From Octopus sinensis (lineage: Eukaryota), in contig NC_043020.1 in the NCBI RefSeq assembly GCF_006345805.1, positions 5,208,001 to 5,272,000 on the forward strand: a stretch of 64,000 nt of DNA, given 5' to 3'. The notes below the pieces were generated by a model, which did not search any database, was not told where the DNA came from, and saw only the letters and a list, made by a program, of their open reading frames with translations. The translations under genes and the position numbers were made by a program. This document shows, piece by piece, positions 24,262 to 36,780 of this stretch (the first letter of the stretch is position 1; each line of letters starts with the position of its first letter).

Positions 24262-24422
24262 TGGACGATCCTTCGGTATAAGTACACACGTGACTTTGTT
24301 TACATTTCTGAAGATAACAGAAACCCTTTTCTCCCACCCCTAACTCTAAACCGTAACCCTAACCTCCCATATATAGAACACTTTCTTGAAATGTATCTGG
24401 TACTTATACCGAAGTTACGCCA
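24262..24422. mobile_element. Short TIR element (MITE-like); second copy at about 28662-28827
   Basis: cgatccttcggtataagtac ... gtacttataccgaagttacgcc with a shared internal ttacatttctgaagataacagaaaccc. Confidence 0.6.
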
Positions 24423-25494
24423 ATGTTTGTTATTTGCTCGTAGTCCACCACGGAAGCCTTACCAGGTTTTGTGACATGTTGCCCGACCTTTGTAAACAAA
24501 ACAACCGTTTCGGTATCATTGGTTTCCACTTTCCCCCACAAAACATGTCCAGGCGGTTTGCTGTTTTGATTGGGCGATTATTACCTCCCTTGCTCGAAGA
24601 GGGAGATTCTGTGAAGAGCATCAAACTATGGAAAACCTTCTCCCAATACATTCTCGTGGATCTGCATTTATGTACGTATTTATGTGGGGGGTTATAAATA
24701 TACTAGCAGTATCGCCCGGCGTTGCTCGGGTTTGTTTCGACCCTTTAGAAATGGAATTTTTGAAAAGTAAAAATTTTGCATTATGTAGCTTGTTATTCTC
24801 TTTAAGTGAACATTTTTCTGGTTGAAATACACCGAAAAATGGCGACACAGCAGTCAAAAAATCGTTAAAAAAAAGGGATTTTCATAGAAAAAAAAGCACC
24901 TTTTTGATGTAAATAATTTTTGGTGTTAACATGATCCGATTTGAATTTTTTCTTCCACAGGGTCTCGGAGGAGATAGTGTTAGTTGAAGGCTACCAAACC
25001 TGCCACACACACACACACACACACAGACAACTTCAGCTTTATATACATAGAGAGAGAGATTTTCATATGATTCATGTCATGTCCTTCTGTGAAGATGTTT
25101 CGGCATTACTTCTGATTCACATTCAAAGAGAGGTAACTCTGCATAAACTATTCGTACACTCTTCTGGCATACATAATGCTAGAAATAACTGTAATGATAT
25201 ACGAAAAGCTAGAAATAACTACCAATTGCAGCTGTGGTGCTGTAAACATGGGTACTATTTAAGAAGAGTGGTCCAGGTGCGCGCACTCGAGTATCCGTGC
25301 CAGCTAGTCGTGACTAGTCGATCCTTACTTTGTGTTTTATTTACTTTGTTTAAAAAATTATTTACTTTGTATTTTTGTGTTTTATTTACTTTGTTTTTAA
25401 AAAATTATTTTACTCTGTGTAAAAAAATTATTCATTTTGTGTTTTATTTACTTTGCCAGGTAGTCGTTGTAGGATCGACTAGCTACGAATGTGC

Positions 25495-25710
25495 CACTGT
25501 TCGGGATCTCTGTATTTAAGATTTTTCAGTTCTCAATGGATCGTTTACAGATTTTCCCCACAAAAGTAGTTTTGTGTGCAAATGATGAATACCGCATTCA
25601 TGTTTTTTCGAAAAATTAATAATAAACAAGACAGATGCATTTAAATTTATATATTTTTGACCAATGGAATGAACCTGGGCACTGCTTAAATATAGAGGTC
25701 CCGAACAGTG
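25495..25710. mobile_element. MITE with 26-bp TIRs starting CACTG
   Basis: cactgttcgggatctctgtatttaag ... cttaaatatagaggtcccgaacagtg. Confidence 0.65.
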
Positions 25711-26076
25711 CACAGGGTTACCTCCCCTTTATATCGTTTCGTAGATGCATCGAGGACCGCTATATTTAAGTAGGACCGTGAAGCTTTGTCCGTTAGAAAA
25801 ACCCGTGTTTGGAAACGGGTATCTTTCCGATTTAGAAGTTTAATTTTATTAAAAAAAACGAAGAAATCTTACTGAACATTTTGTCCGACGATGCAACAAC
25901 GATTTTTTAAAACTATAGCAGGAGTGGTTGTGTGGTAAGTAGCTTGCTTACCAACCACATGGTTCCGGGTTCAGTCCCACTGCGTGGCACCTTGGGCAAG
26001 TGTCTTCTACTATAGTCTCGGGCCGACCAAAGCCTTATGAGCGGATTTGGTAGACGGAAACTGAAAGAAGCCCGTC

Positions 26077-26156
<80 letters not shown>

Positions 26157-26753
26157 TTGTCCCCCAACCGACATCGTTTGACAACCGATGCTAGTGTGTT
26201 CACATCCCCGTCACTTAGCGGTTCGGCTAGAGAACCGATAGAATAAGTGCTAGGCTTACAAAGAATAAGTCCTGGGGTCGATTTGCTCGACTAAAAGCGG
26301 TGCTCCAGCATGACCGCAGTCAAATGACTGAAACAGATAAAAGAATAAAAGAAAGGAGTCGTTCGATTACATCGATCCCAATGGTACTTGAATTGGTACT
26401 TGAATTTTTATCGACCCTGACAGGATAAGAACCAAAGTTGACCTTGGCGGGATTTGAACCCAGAACGTAAAGCACCGGACGAAATGCCACTAAGCATTTT
26501 GTTCGACGAGTTATATAACAATGATAAACAGTAATGCTTTCTGCGACTGGGACAAGGCCTGGAATTTGGGACGGAGAGGCAGATAGTGGATTACATCGAC
26601 CCCAGTGCATAACTGGTACTTATTTTATCGACCCCCAAAAAGATGGAACGCAGTTGACCTCGGTGGAATTTGAACTCAGAAAGCAAAGGGCCGGAAGAAA
26701 TAACGCTAAGCACTTTGTCCGATGCGCTAATAAATTTGGGTACTACTTGAGAA

Positions 26754-27470
26754 CAGTGGTCCCGATTCGCGCCCACGTGCAGTCGCGTATCCGCGCCAGC
26801 TAGTCATGACTAGTCGATCCTTACTTTGTGTTTTTGTGTTATTTACTTTGTTTAAAAAAATTATTTGGCGATGTTTCGCTTGTCGTAGCACAAGTTTCCG
26901 TCGATTTCCTCCGTCGATTTCCGTAAAAAACTTTTATTTTTTTACATAAGTAATGAGAGCGAAAGAGACTAAGAGGAAGCGATTTTATGACGAGGAAATT
27001 TCTCTTTGAAGTCCCCGTGTGTGTGTTTGATGGGGTGTGGGAGACAGACAGTATGTTGTGTAAGTGAAGTGCTTCTGTTAGTGTGTGCGAAGAGACAGAG
27101 AGAGTAATGTGTGAAAGAGAGAGATAACTGAAATTTTTTACTCGGTGTATGTGTATATGTATGTCTGCATGTATGTGTGTGTGTATGTATCTATGTATGT
27201 GTGTGTGTATGTATGTGTGTGTGTATGTATCTGTGTGTGTGTGTGTGTGTGTATGTATGTGTGTGTGTATGTATGTGTGTATGTATGTATGTATGGCCGA
27301 TTCAGTGTTTACATTTTTTACGGAAATCGACGGAAACGTGTGCTACGACAAGCGAAACATCGCCAATTATTTTGTTTTATTTGCTAGGCAGTCGTTGTAG
27401 GATCGACTAGTCACGACTAGCTAGCGCGGATGCGCGACTGACTATGCGTGTGCGCGCACCGGGACCACTG
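26754..27470. mobile_element. MITE with ~70-bp imperfect TIRs (CAGTGGTCCCG...) and a second nested inverted repeat
   Basis: Terminal cagtggtcccg / cgggaccactg; internal ggcgatgtttcgcttgtcgtagcac (about 26867) vs gtgctacgacaagcgaaacatcgcc (about 27340-27364). Confidence 0.7.
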
Positions 27471-27853
27471 TTCGCTAGTAGTAACCTAACTTTGTTACGT
27501 AAAGAAATACTAGTTTCAAATTTTGGTACAAGGCCAACAAGTTTCTGGGAGAGGGGGGGTAGGTCGATGTAATCGACCCCTGACTCCCTCAGTACCTCAA
27601 CTGGTACCTATTTTATCGACCCCCCGAGGATGAAAGGCGAAGTCGACCTCGACAGAATTCGAACACAGAACGTAAAGACGGATGAAAATGAAACAAAGCG
27701 CAGGAGTGGCTGTGTGGTAAGTAGCTTGCTAACCAACCACATGGTTCCGGGTTCAGTCCCACTGCGTGGCATCTTGGGCAAGTGTCTTCTACTATAGCCC
27801 TGGGCCGACCAATGCTTTGTGAGTGGATTTGGTAGACGGAAACTGAAAGAAGC

Positions 27854-27895
<42 letters not shown>

Positions 27896-28099
27896 TTGTG
27901 TGTTTGTCCCCCTAGCATTGCTTGACAACCGATGCTGGTGTGTTTACATCCCCGTCACCTAGCGGTTCGGCAAAAGAGACCGATAGAATAAGTACTGGGC
28001 TTACAAAGAATAAGTCCCGGGGTCGAGTTGCTCGATTAAAAGGCGGTGCTCCAGCATGGCCGCAGTCAAATGACTGAAACAAGTAAAAAAAAGAGAAAA

Positions 28100-30250
28100 G
28101 AGTAAAGCATTTTGTGCGACAAAGAAATAATGAAACTTGATAAGTTTTATGTTGTTTGTGTTGAATAAATTAAAATTATCGAAATATACTTAAATATTAA
28201 TAAAACGCAGAAATACCTAAAGGCTGGGGTTGAAAATAAAAGGGAAACTCACTTGAAAAACTGAAAAATTCGCTGCCGAAGAAGAAAGACAAAAAATTGT
28301 GGCGAGTTTTCTTTGAAGATTTGAAATTGAAACGACAGCCACACGGTGTTAGCTTTTCAGCAGTAAACCGTGTTAAGAATGACCGGCCTTCGACGCGGAA
28401 TTATCAGGACTCTGTTAGCTAAAACGTACTTTTGTATCGTGTAGAATAAATAGCGAAAGAGCTACTCTACTGCCTGGTGTTCCTAATGGTAAAAAGGAAT
28501 AATGAGACTTATTGGGGGGGGGAGGAATAAAAATTATTTTAGAGTGTTTTCCTCGTGTTAATAAATGACCGAGTCTCAACAAAATTGTCTACGTGCCGAT
28601 CAAATTTCAATCTAAAAAAAATATTTATGTATCGTATGGATTAACAGAAGTGAAATTTTTGGGCGATCCTTCGGTATAAGTACCGTAAGTACTGGAAATG
28701 GCTTTGTTTACATTTCTGAAGATAACAGAAACCCTTTTCTTCCACCCCTAACCCCCCACATATATAAAAAAAAACAGTTTCTTGAAATGTATCCTGTACT
28801 TCCGGTACTTATACCGAAGTTACGCCAATTTTTGCAAAAAAAAAATCAGTAGAAAACACTTGTTTTTTTTTCCCCTTTTGCTGTCTTCCTAGGATACGAA
28901 AGGCCGGTTACCCGGTTTCCATGGCAATTAAGTAACCACAATCACAACATCCTATGGGACGGAATGCGCTAAGAAAAAAAAAAGATAAAGAAAACTCCCA
29001 TCACAACTAATTCTGTATCCTATTCCTTCCCTAGAAGATAGTGGTAGCTATTCCGAAACTCGGCCCTTAGCTCCGAGGGAAAAGATTGAAGTAAATATTC
29101 GATGCCCCTTCTCCACACAGGACATGTTTTCGATGTTATTTCGCATTTATGGTTCTAAAAGCGCAGGATTAGAAATGGGGTATGTACAAAAGTGGAGTTG
29201 GCTTTTTTGAGTAAGCGAAACGAATATCTAAAATGCTCAAAAGTGAGTTAGTAAATGTTAGCGTTATGGTTTCTTGTTTAATTTCTCGAAGACATAACTT
29301 AATAAATGGAGGTAGCATTGTAGAAAATGAGGCATTTCTTATGAAATAAAAAATATACGGAAAAGTAATTGAAAATTAATAACTCATTTCAAAAAGTAAA
29401 CGATATTATTTTGAAAGTTAACTGAAGAGACTTAACCGAGTTGTAAATTTGAATTTGTTTTGTATTACTATGCTTCAACCTTCGTAAGTTAATTAAATGT
29501 TGTCGTTGAAAGATGAAAACACGAACATATCACAATGGCTTTTAATAAGTTTTAAGCATTTACATTTTCGTTTCGCTTTCTCTAGATATCCAAGTATATT
29601 TTTGTACATTCTCAGCTTCACTTTTTTTTATTTTCCAAACCCCCAACAATTCCATGTTCCCAAACAGAAAGATCAATGATATCGTTATATTATACAGAAA
29701 TACTGATGTTAGTCGGGAATAGAAGCAAAAAAAGCAACATTCCGACTGTGTTTGATATCGTTTAAGTCAAAATCTTGATACTGTTACACCTTCGCACCAA
29801 ATCTTAGTTTCGTATTTCGTTTGACAAAATAATTTCACTTTTTTTATACATCCGCTTCTTTCACTTTCGTTCCAGATTACTTCATAATCGTCCGATCTGT
29901 TGTTACAAATAGCATCTCTGCTAAATGAATAGCTTTTAATAAATTGTAAGATCAAGCCATGTAGTTTCGCCTCTTCTATTTTCTGCATTTGTTTCTTTAA
30001 TTCGCAGTTTATGTTTGATCATTTTCCTCGGACAATCTCCGAGTTGAGCCACCAAATGAGCAGAATAGTCAAAGGCCAAACTACAATCTCATGACAATCT
30101 GAATGGCACGCCAACGAAAAATTACCTTGGATTTTTTAGAACTGCAGCCCGTCTGGTAACGAGTCATGTCACATGTGGTCCGCTTCTCGAAAATAGTTAC
30201 TCTAACAAGAATTTTCGTTGTTGGTACCCATTTAAACCACATCTGATAGA
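28100..30250. promoter_or_regulatory. CpG-richer, SINE-poor block: candidate TOE1 promoter and 5' UTR exon region
   Basis: Many CpGs and no microsatellites; minus-strand donor ttcaa|GTGAGT at 28252; TOE1 coding exon 1 has an acceptor, so an upstream non-coding exon is required. Confidence 0.4.
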
Positions 30251-30267
30251 TTCGCTTTGGGAGTAAG

Positions 30268-30680
30268 GATCTTTTCGGTTTGAACGGCAGTTTTTTCTAG
30301 CGGTGTCATATGAAATTGTCACCCATAATTATGACCCTAATATCGATCTATTGCATTTCAATCTGTTTTAGGGTTAGGGGTGGAGGGAAGGGTATCTTTT
30401 TTTTCTTCACAAATGTAAATAAACCCAATCTGTTTCTTAAACGAGGGACATATTCATACGGCACAGAATGTTTTCACCTCAATAGACGTCATTGATTGGT
30501 TGAAATTGCAGAAATTGAAGAAAAAACAACAAAAAATATCTTACAAACTATAGAATTTTCTCAATAAAGCCAAGAGAAAAAGATGTTTTATAAACACATT
30601 CTACCAGTATACGAAGTTTAAAAGTGTTTAGTTACGTGGAAATTATTTAAAAAAACTGCCGGTCAAACCGAAAAGATCCG
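30268..30680. mobile_element. MITE with ~29-bp TIRs
   Basis: ggatcttttcggtttgaacggcagttttt ... aaaaactgccggtcaaaccgaaaagatcc; partial copies at about 32745-32967 and 33519-33546. Confidence 0.7.
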
Positions 30681-31226
30681 GAAATAATTGTTTTTCTTTA
30701 AAAAATTGCCACCATAATAACAGTTCCAGATTTTGGCACAAGGCAAGCAAGTTTTAGAGGAAGGACGGGGCGCGCTAGTTCATTATATTGATCCAAGTGT
30801 TCCACTGGTGCTTATTCTATCGACCGGGAAGGATGAAAGGCAAAGTAGATTTCTCCGACATTTAAACTCAAAACGTAAAGACGGATGAAATGCCGCTAAG
30901 CATTTTGTCCGGTCTGCTAACGATTCCGCCTGCTGGCCGCATCATTTGTTACCATAATAATAAATAATCGATAATTAAAATGTCATCATTATAGTCTTCA
31001 CCTTTGCAGAGAGAATTCGTTCAGAGAAATTTCCTTACCGAAGGATTGAGTGGAGGAACAAACAGAAATGTCTATAAAATTATTTATCTTTTTTACAACT
31101 TTTTACAGTTTATAGTTCTATATTTAAGAGATGAGGAATTATGTACTTTATTTATATTCGATGGATATTTGAGGTTAGTAACCCGCGCTCTTAACATCGT
31201 AGAGTTTCCACGTTGGTACATATTGT

Positions 31227-31686
31227 TGTTATTACTATACATGTGTGTGTGTGTGTGTTCTTTTATGCTTCAGTTAATTTGACTGCAGCCATGCTGGAGC
31301 ACTGCCTTCAGTCGAGCAAATCGCCCCCAGGACTTATTCTTTGTAAGCCTAGTACTTATTCGACCGTTCTCTTTTGCCGAACCGCTAAGTTACGAGGACG
31401 TAAGCACACCAACATGTGTGTGTGTGTGTCTGCGTTTGTCCCCCTCCATCGCTTGGCAACCGATGTTGGTGTGTTTACGTCCTCGTAACTTAGCGGTTCG
31501 GCAAAAGAGAACGGTCGAATAAGTACTAGGCTTACAAAGAATAAGTCCTGGGGTCGATTTTTTTGACTAAAGGCGGTGTCCTGGGGGCGATTTGCTCGAC
31601 TGAAGGCAGTGCTCCAGCATGGCCGCAGTCAAATTAAATGAAGCAAGTAAAAGAATAAAATAACACACACATGTATAGTAATAACA
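31227..31686. repeat. Fold-back inverted duplication of SINE tail plus flank
   Basis: Left arm about 31227-31415 mirrors right arm about 31461-31686, including non-SINE flank and private variants. Confidence 0.85.
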
Positions 31687-31865
31687 TTGGCGATTTTTTT
31701 TCCTCCGTCTTCCCTTCTCTGGATCTTTCCTTCTCCTATGTTTCCGACGAAGAGCTCCGCTCGAAACGTCAAACCCTCCTTCTTTCCTGAGCGTCCAATA
31801 ATACTATATTTGTTCCACGTCCTCGCGTTGTTGTTTTTTTTGTGCCTTCTTGTTTGGATTAACAC

Positions 31866-31934
<69 letters not shown>

Positions 31935-32229
31935 CGGGCTTCTTTTAGTTTCCATCTCCCACATCCACTCACAAAAACTTTGGTCGGCCCGAGGCTATAG
32001 TTGAAGACACTTGCCTAAGGTGTCATGCAGTGGGACTGAACGTGGAACCATGTGGTTGGGAAGCAAGCTTCTTACCACACAGCCAAGAACCACTCTTATA
32101 TACTTGTTTACTTTTCCTGTTTTCCAGTTTTTCACTCGCTGGTTTACGTATTTAACTCGTTTGTTCACGTATTTCATGTTTTTTGCACAGTCGGTGACGT
32201 CCTGTACCCACATATGCATAGATATATAT

Positions 32230-32505
32230 TTTTGTTTGTTCCTTCTCGGTTTCCTTGGCGTATAGGTTCCCCACCTGGACAGGACGCCGGTCCGTCGCAG
32301 GTAAGCTGCAAGATGCAGGAGGAAAGAGTGAGAGAAAGTTGTGGCGAAAGAGTCAGCAGAAGTTTCGCCATTACCTTCTGCCGGGGCCGCGTGGAGCTTT
32401 AGTAATTCGCTCATAAACAAACACATCGCCCGGTCTGAGATTCGAACCCGCGATCCCTCGACCGCAAGTCCGCTGCTCTAATCACTAGGCCATGTGCCTC
32501 CACAT
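32230..32505 (-). mobile_element. tRNA-derived SINE (Arg-like head; may correspond to the octopus OR families)
   Basis: ggaggcacatggcctagtgattagagcagcggacttgcggtcgagggatcgcgggttcgaatc head; copies at about 37400-37680, 8640-8800 and 61560-61850. Confidence 0.7.
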
Positions 32506-34659
32506 AGATATATATGCACACACACACACACACATATATATATATGTGTGTGTGTATGTATATATATATGTATGTGAAGGCGCGTGGCTTAGTGGTTAGG
32601 GTATTTGGCTCACGATTGTAAGGTCGTGAGTTCGATTCCCGGCGACGCGTTGAGTCCTTGAGCAAGACACTTTATTTCATGTTGCTTCAGTCCACTCAGC
32701 TGGCGAAAATGAGTAGTACCTGTATTTCAAAGCGGCCGGCCTTGTCACACACAGAATGTTTTCACCTCAATAGACGTCATTGATTGGTTGAAATTGCAGA
32801 AACTGAAGAAAAAAAACAACAAATATCTTACAAACTATAGAATTTTCTCAATAAAGCCAAGAGAAAAAGATGTTTTATAAACACATTCTACCACTATACG
32901 AAGTTTAAAAGTGTTTAGTTACGTGGAAATTATTTTTAAAAACTGCCGGTCAAACCGAAAAGATCCAGAAATTGCGCTTTTTTTTAATGCCTAGAAATAA
33001 TCTTAATATAGTTTAATAAGCCTTTAAATTGTGTATTATATTTCAGAATATATAAAAATTTACATAAAGAAGTTAATATTAAAATTATACATACTTTTTT
33101 TTTTTTTGTCGGTCACAAATAAAACTGACAGAGGTTAAAGTCTCAATTATATAATGTGTACGTTGTTATGGTGATAAGAGAATTTATTTGAACGTTCTCT
33201 TAAATAATATTGTATTAAATAAAATTTATGAACCATTTTAAGTTGAAACACTGAAATTAATGGAAACAAGGGAGATCACTCTAAACGTCTTTGCATCGAT
33301 TTAGATTTGTGTTACTAAGACTAAAAATGAATCGAGTGGAAGCAAATTTCGTGCGGTTTGAATTCTTAAGACAAGGTTGTATAGAGTGGGAAGGGATGAA
33401 ATCGAGGAGGTAAAAGAGTAGTTCTATTTGAAGAGTTCAGTGGATAAATACCAAGTCATGGTCACTGAAATTTTAAGGAGAATAAGGGCAAGATGGAAGA
33501 TGTTTACTTCGATTTTTGGATCTTTTCGGTTTGAACGGCAGTTTTTAACATATGTGTGTGTGTGTGTGTGTATCTGTGTTTGTCCCCGAACATCGCTTGG
33601 CAACCGATGGTGGTGTGTTTACGTCCCCGTCACTTAGCGGTTCGGCAAAAGAGACCGATAGCATAAGTACTAGGCTTACAAAGAATAAGTCCTGGGGTCG
33701 ATTTGCTCGACTAAAGGCGGTGCTCCAGCATGGCCGCAGTCAAATGACCGAAACAAGGAAAAAGAGTAAAGAGTTACTGGCCTGTGGTGCTGCCCAGTAC
33801 AGCCCCTAAGTTTGTCGCCCCTCACCCCTACACGTGCTTATACCACAGACCCAAAAATACTACCGCTATAAAAGCGTCGCTCGTTGCAGATCGCCCCCAC
33901 CATTGCTCCGCCTTAATTATGCTGTTATTTTATATATGTCATTTGTTTTATCGGCAACAATGTGTAAACCAAGGGAGTATTTGAACATGTTCCAAGTGTT
34001 CAGGAAAGGGTTGGAACGGTGCCAACATCGCGTGTTTTGAATCAGGTTAATCATGAATACTTCAAAATTCTTGAGCTCATTTTCTTAAAGGAGCATTCCT
34101 GTGATCTGAAGCAAAATCTATTTGTGGGTATGCTGGTCTCACATTCTTGAAGAAGAAACGTAAATCTTCTAGTTTATCTGCTAAATCGCATTTCTATCTC
34201 TTTCACAATGCATGGAATAGGAGCAGGCACGTGGCAAGTGTGGTAAGAAGCTTGCTTCCGAACCACATGGTTCCGGGTTCAGTCCCACTGCGTAGCACCT
34301 TGGGCAAGTGGCTTCTACTATAGCCTCGGACCAACCAAAGCCTTGTGAGTGGATTTGGTACACGAAAACTGAAAGAAGCCTATAGTACACACACATGCAC
34401 GCACCCACACGTGTGTGTGTGTGTGTTTGTCTACCATCATCGCTCGACAACCGGTGTTGGAGTGTTTACGTCCCTGTAACCTGGTGATTTGTCAAAAGAG
34501 AACGGTAGAATAAGCACCAGGCTTCAAAAAAGTACTGTGGTCGATTCATTTGACTAAAAATTCTAAAATGTGGTGGCCCCAGTCTAATGACTGAAACAAA
34601 TAAAAGATATAAAGGTCTAATTAATCTGATTAAAAAAGTGGGATAAGATTTCAGCCCCA

Positions 34660-36780
34660 TGCCTAAACATCTTGAACAGTTAACATGACATCTTTCAATC
34701 GATTTCCTAACCTATATTTACTTGCTATTATAAGCAAGAACAATGATAAATTATATATGGATGAAGCACAGAGCAGGATCTTATTTGACAATATCACCAA
34801 TACATACTGTAAAACTAACCTACTCAACAACTGCGCTAGGGGCGTTGATGCTAGGATAGGGAAACCAGTTGGTAGCACTACAGTAACGAGGACTTGTTGG
34901 GAACTGCTTTGAGAGCTATGATCCTAGCAAGCAGTAGCTTCCTTGACAATCATTGGAGCTATGAGACACTTTGAAAGAGCCATTTTAACACCGCTCATTT
35001 AGCGTCGTTAATTAAACACTGACTTACTTGACATTAAATGTTCCTCTCGTTCTGTTAATGTGTGAGTATATTTCTCTTATGTGTATGATGGGGAAATTGT
35101 TTATACTAATCGTATTTAATAGATATAATATTTCTTTTTCTGCATCCGTTTGTGTATATATTTCATACAACAGCATAAACAGTGAAGTAAAGAAACTAAC
35201 CACCCTGTAAAGATAAAATAAAGGTATATAATCACCTGGTGCTACATTTCACCCATACATCACTCTTAATGACCATAAATCTAATTTCTATTTCCTTTCA
35301 CACACTAAATGTACGCTGAGACAACCACAGCATGTATATCCTCAACACCATCGGTTTCTGTTATCAGAATGGCGACAAGGCTAGTCCAACGGAATCGCTG
35401 TGTCACTATTACCAATAGGATCGATGATGTTGAGAACAAAGCAGCCTGCGTATTCTCCCAGTTTGATGCCATGAATCTCTATCTTTCCTAAAAATTCCTC
35501 TTTGTGAAAACTCTGGGTTTCAGACAATATCACCTCCAACATGACACACACAACAAACTTAAATCAGATACCAACGAAAATTTAATAGGGACTTCTATAA
35601 GGCCCTTATTAAGTTCTTCTTAAATCTATCAATGACGTAATCGTTCATGTTGTTGAAATTGCCAGGCTATCATGTTTGTGTAGAGCCAAGCTACGTGAAA
35701 ATGGGCTCATACTGGTTTTCAAGATAACCTGAGACTTTCACAATCTTAGCTCCATAGTACATCTTTATATAAATATTAAATAGAGGATCTGGCCCAGTGT
35801 GAGCCATCATGATATGAGTAACTCCCTATTATGTATGTCTATGCTAATAACGAAGTCCCTAATCAGGACTTGTGGTATTTACATATGCTTGGGAAATATT
35901 ACCTAATTAGCAATAAAGGTCTTCTACGTAAAGACAGCTAACTTGAGGAGAGTAAATGTAATTATCGTAACAAATCTAACCTCAGACAACTTCTTGGGCA
36001 TCACTTTTACCTCTAAAAAATCTCCAGTGAGGAAACATATCTTCACAGGAATTCTAGGTGTGATTAGAAATTCATTAACTTGAATCAGTAGAATCTCCAT
36101 TTTATCTTCAGACACAGGTATCTTCAATGAAAATGTACCCTACTACAACAAAACATTAGCAAGAAGCGGTTTAAGGAAAAGTTGGAGGATCCCCAACTCT
36201 CACTCCAAAGAGTTGCAAGCTGTTGTAATTTTCCATTCAACTGAGATGTCTTTACAAATACAGCCAGAAAGTTTTTATTTTTAGGCAACATTTCCAAAGG
36301 ATATATAAATATTGTAAGCTTTTTAATGTGCATTATAACAGAGTTAGTTACTCTTGCCTAGATATCATTGCATATTATCACAGAAAAAGTATACACATAA
36401 GTAGGCTTTGTCCCAGACACCAACGTGCAACTGCTGAAATGATCCACTTGTTCACTGAAAGAATTCTGCCTTTCCAAGGTACGAGGTAATCTTTTGGGAG
36501 ACTTTAACTTCACTTGAATATGTTTAGAAAGAAGTACATGGTACCTATGTCCCATAACTTCAAGGGAAGGCTTGTTCCATGTACATTCTATCAGATCCAA
36601 AAACAAGCCAACAGATAATAAAGTTATTTTCAAGTTGCTCCATCAACTAGAAATAGCAACCATATTTTCCTCAAATTATATCCTCCTATCTAAACAAAAA
36701 AGCAACAAAACATTAGCTATGTACTTCAAGTTTTTATGTCATTATTACAGCGATCTCTGATATACTCATCAGCCGTGTAA
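34660..36780 (+). mobile_element. Heavily decayed Penelope-like retroelement (RT plus linker toward the GIY-YIG endonuclease)
   Basis: Colinear broken motifs: LFDNITNTYCK, YITLNDHKSNF, FSQFDAMNLYLS, DLVGIYI, GLLRKDS (for GLYRDDG), IFNENVPYYNKTLARSG, KLFNVHYNRVSYSC. Confidence 0.75.

Noticed and set aside
29767-29988. 73-aa minus-strand ORF in the CpG-richer block
   Set aside because: No recognisable domain or splice support; possibly a uORF or chance ORF.
32577-32650. tRNA-like cloverleaf start
   Set aside because: It continues into SINE body sequence and lacks a paired acceptor stem; a SINE head, not a tRNA gene.
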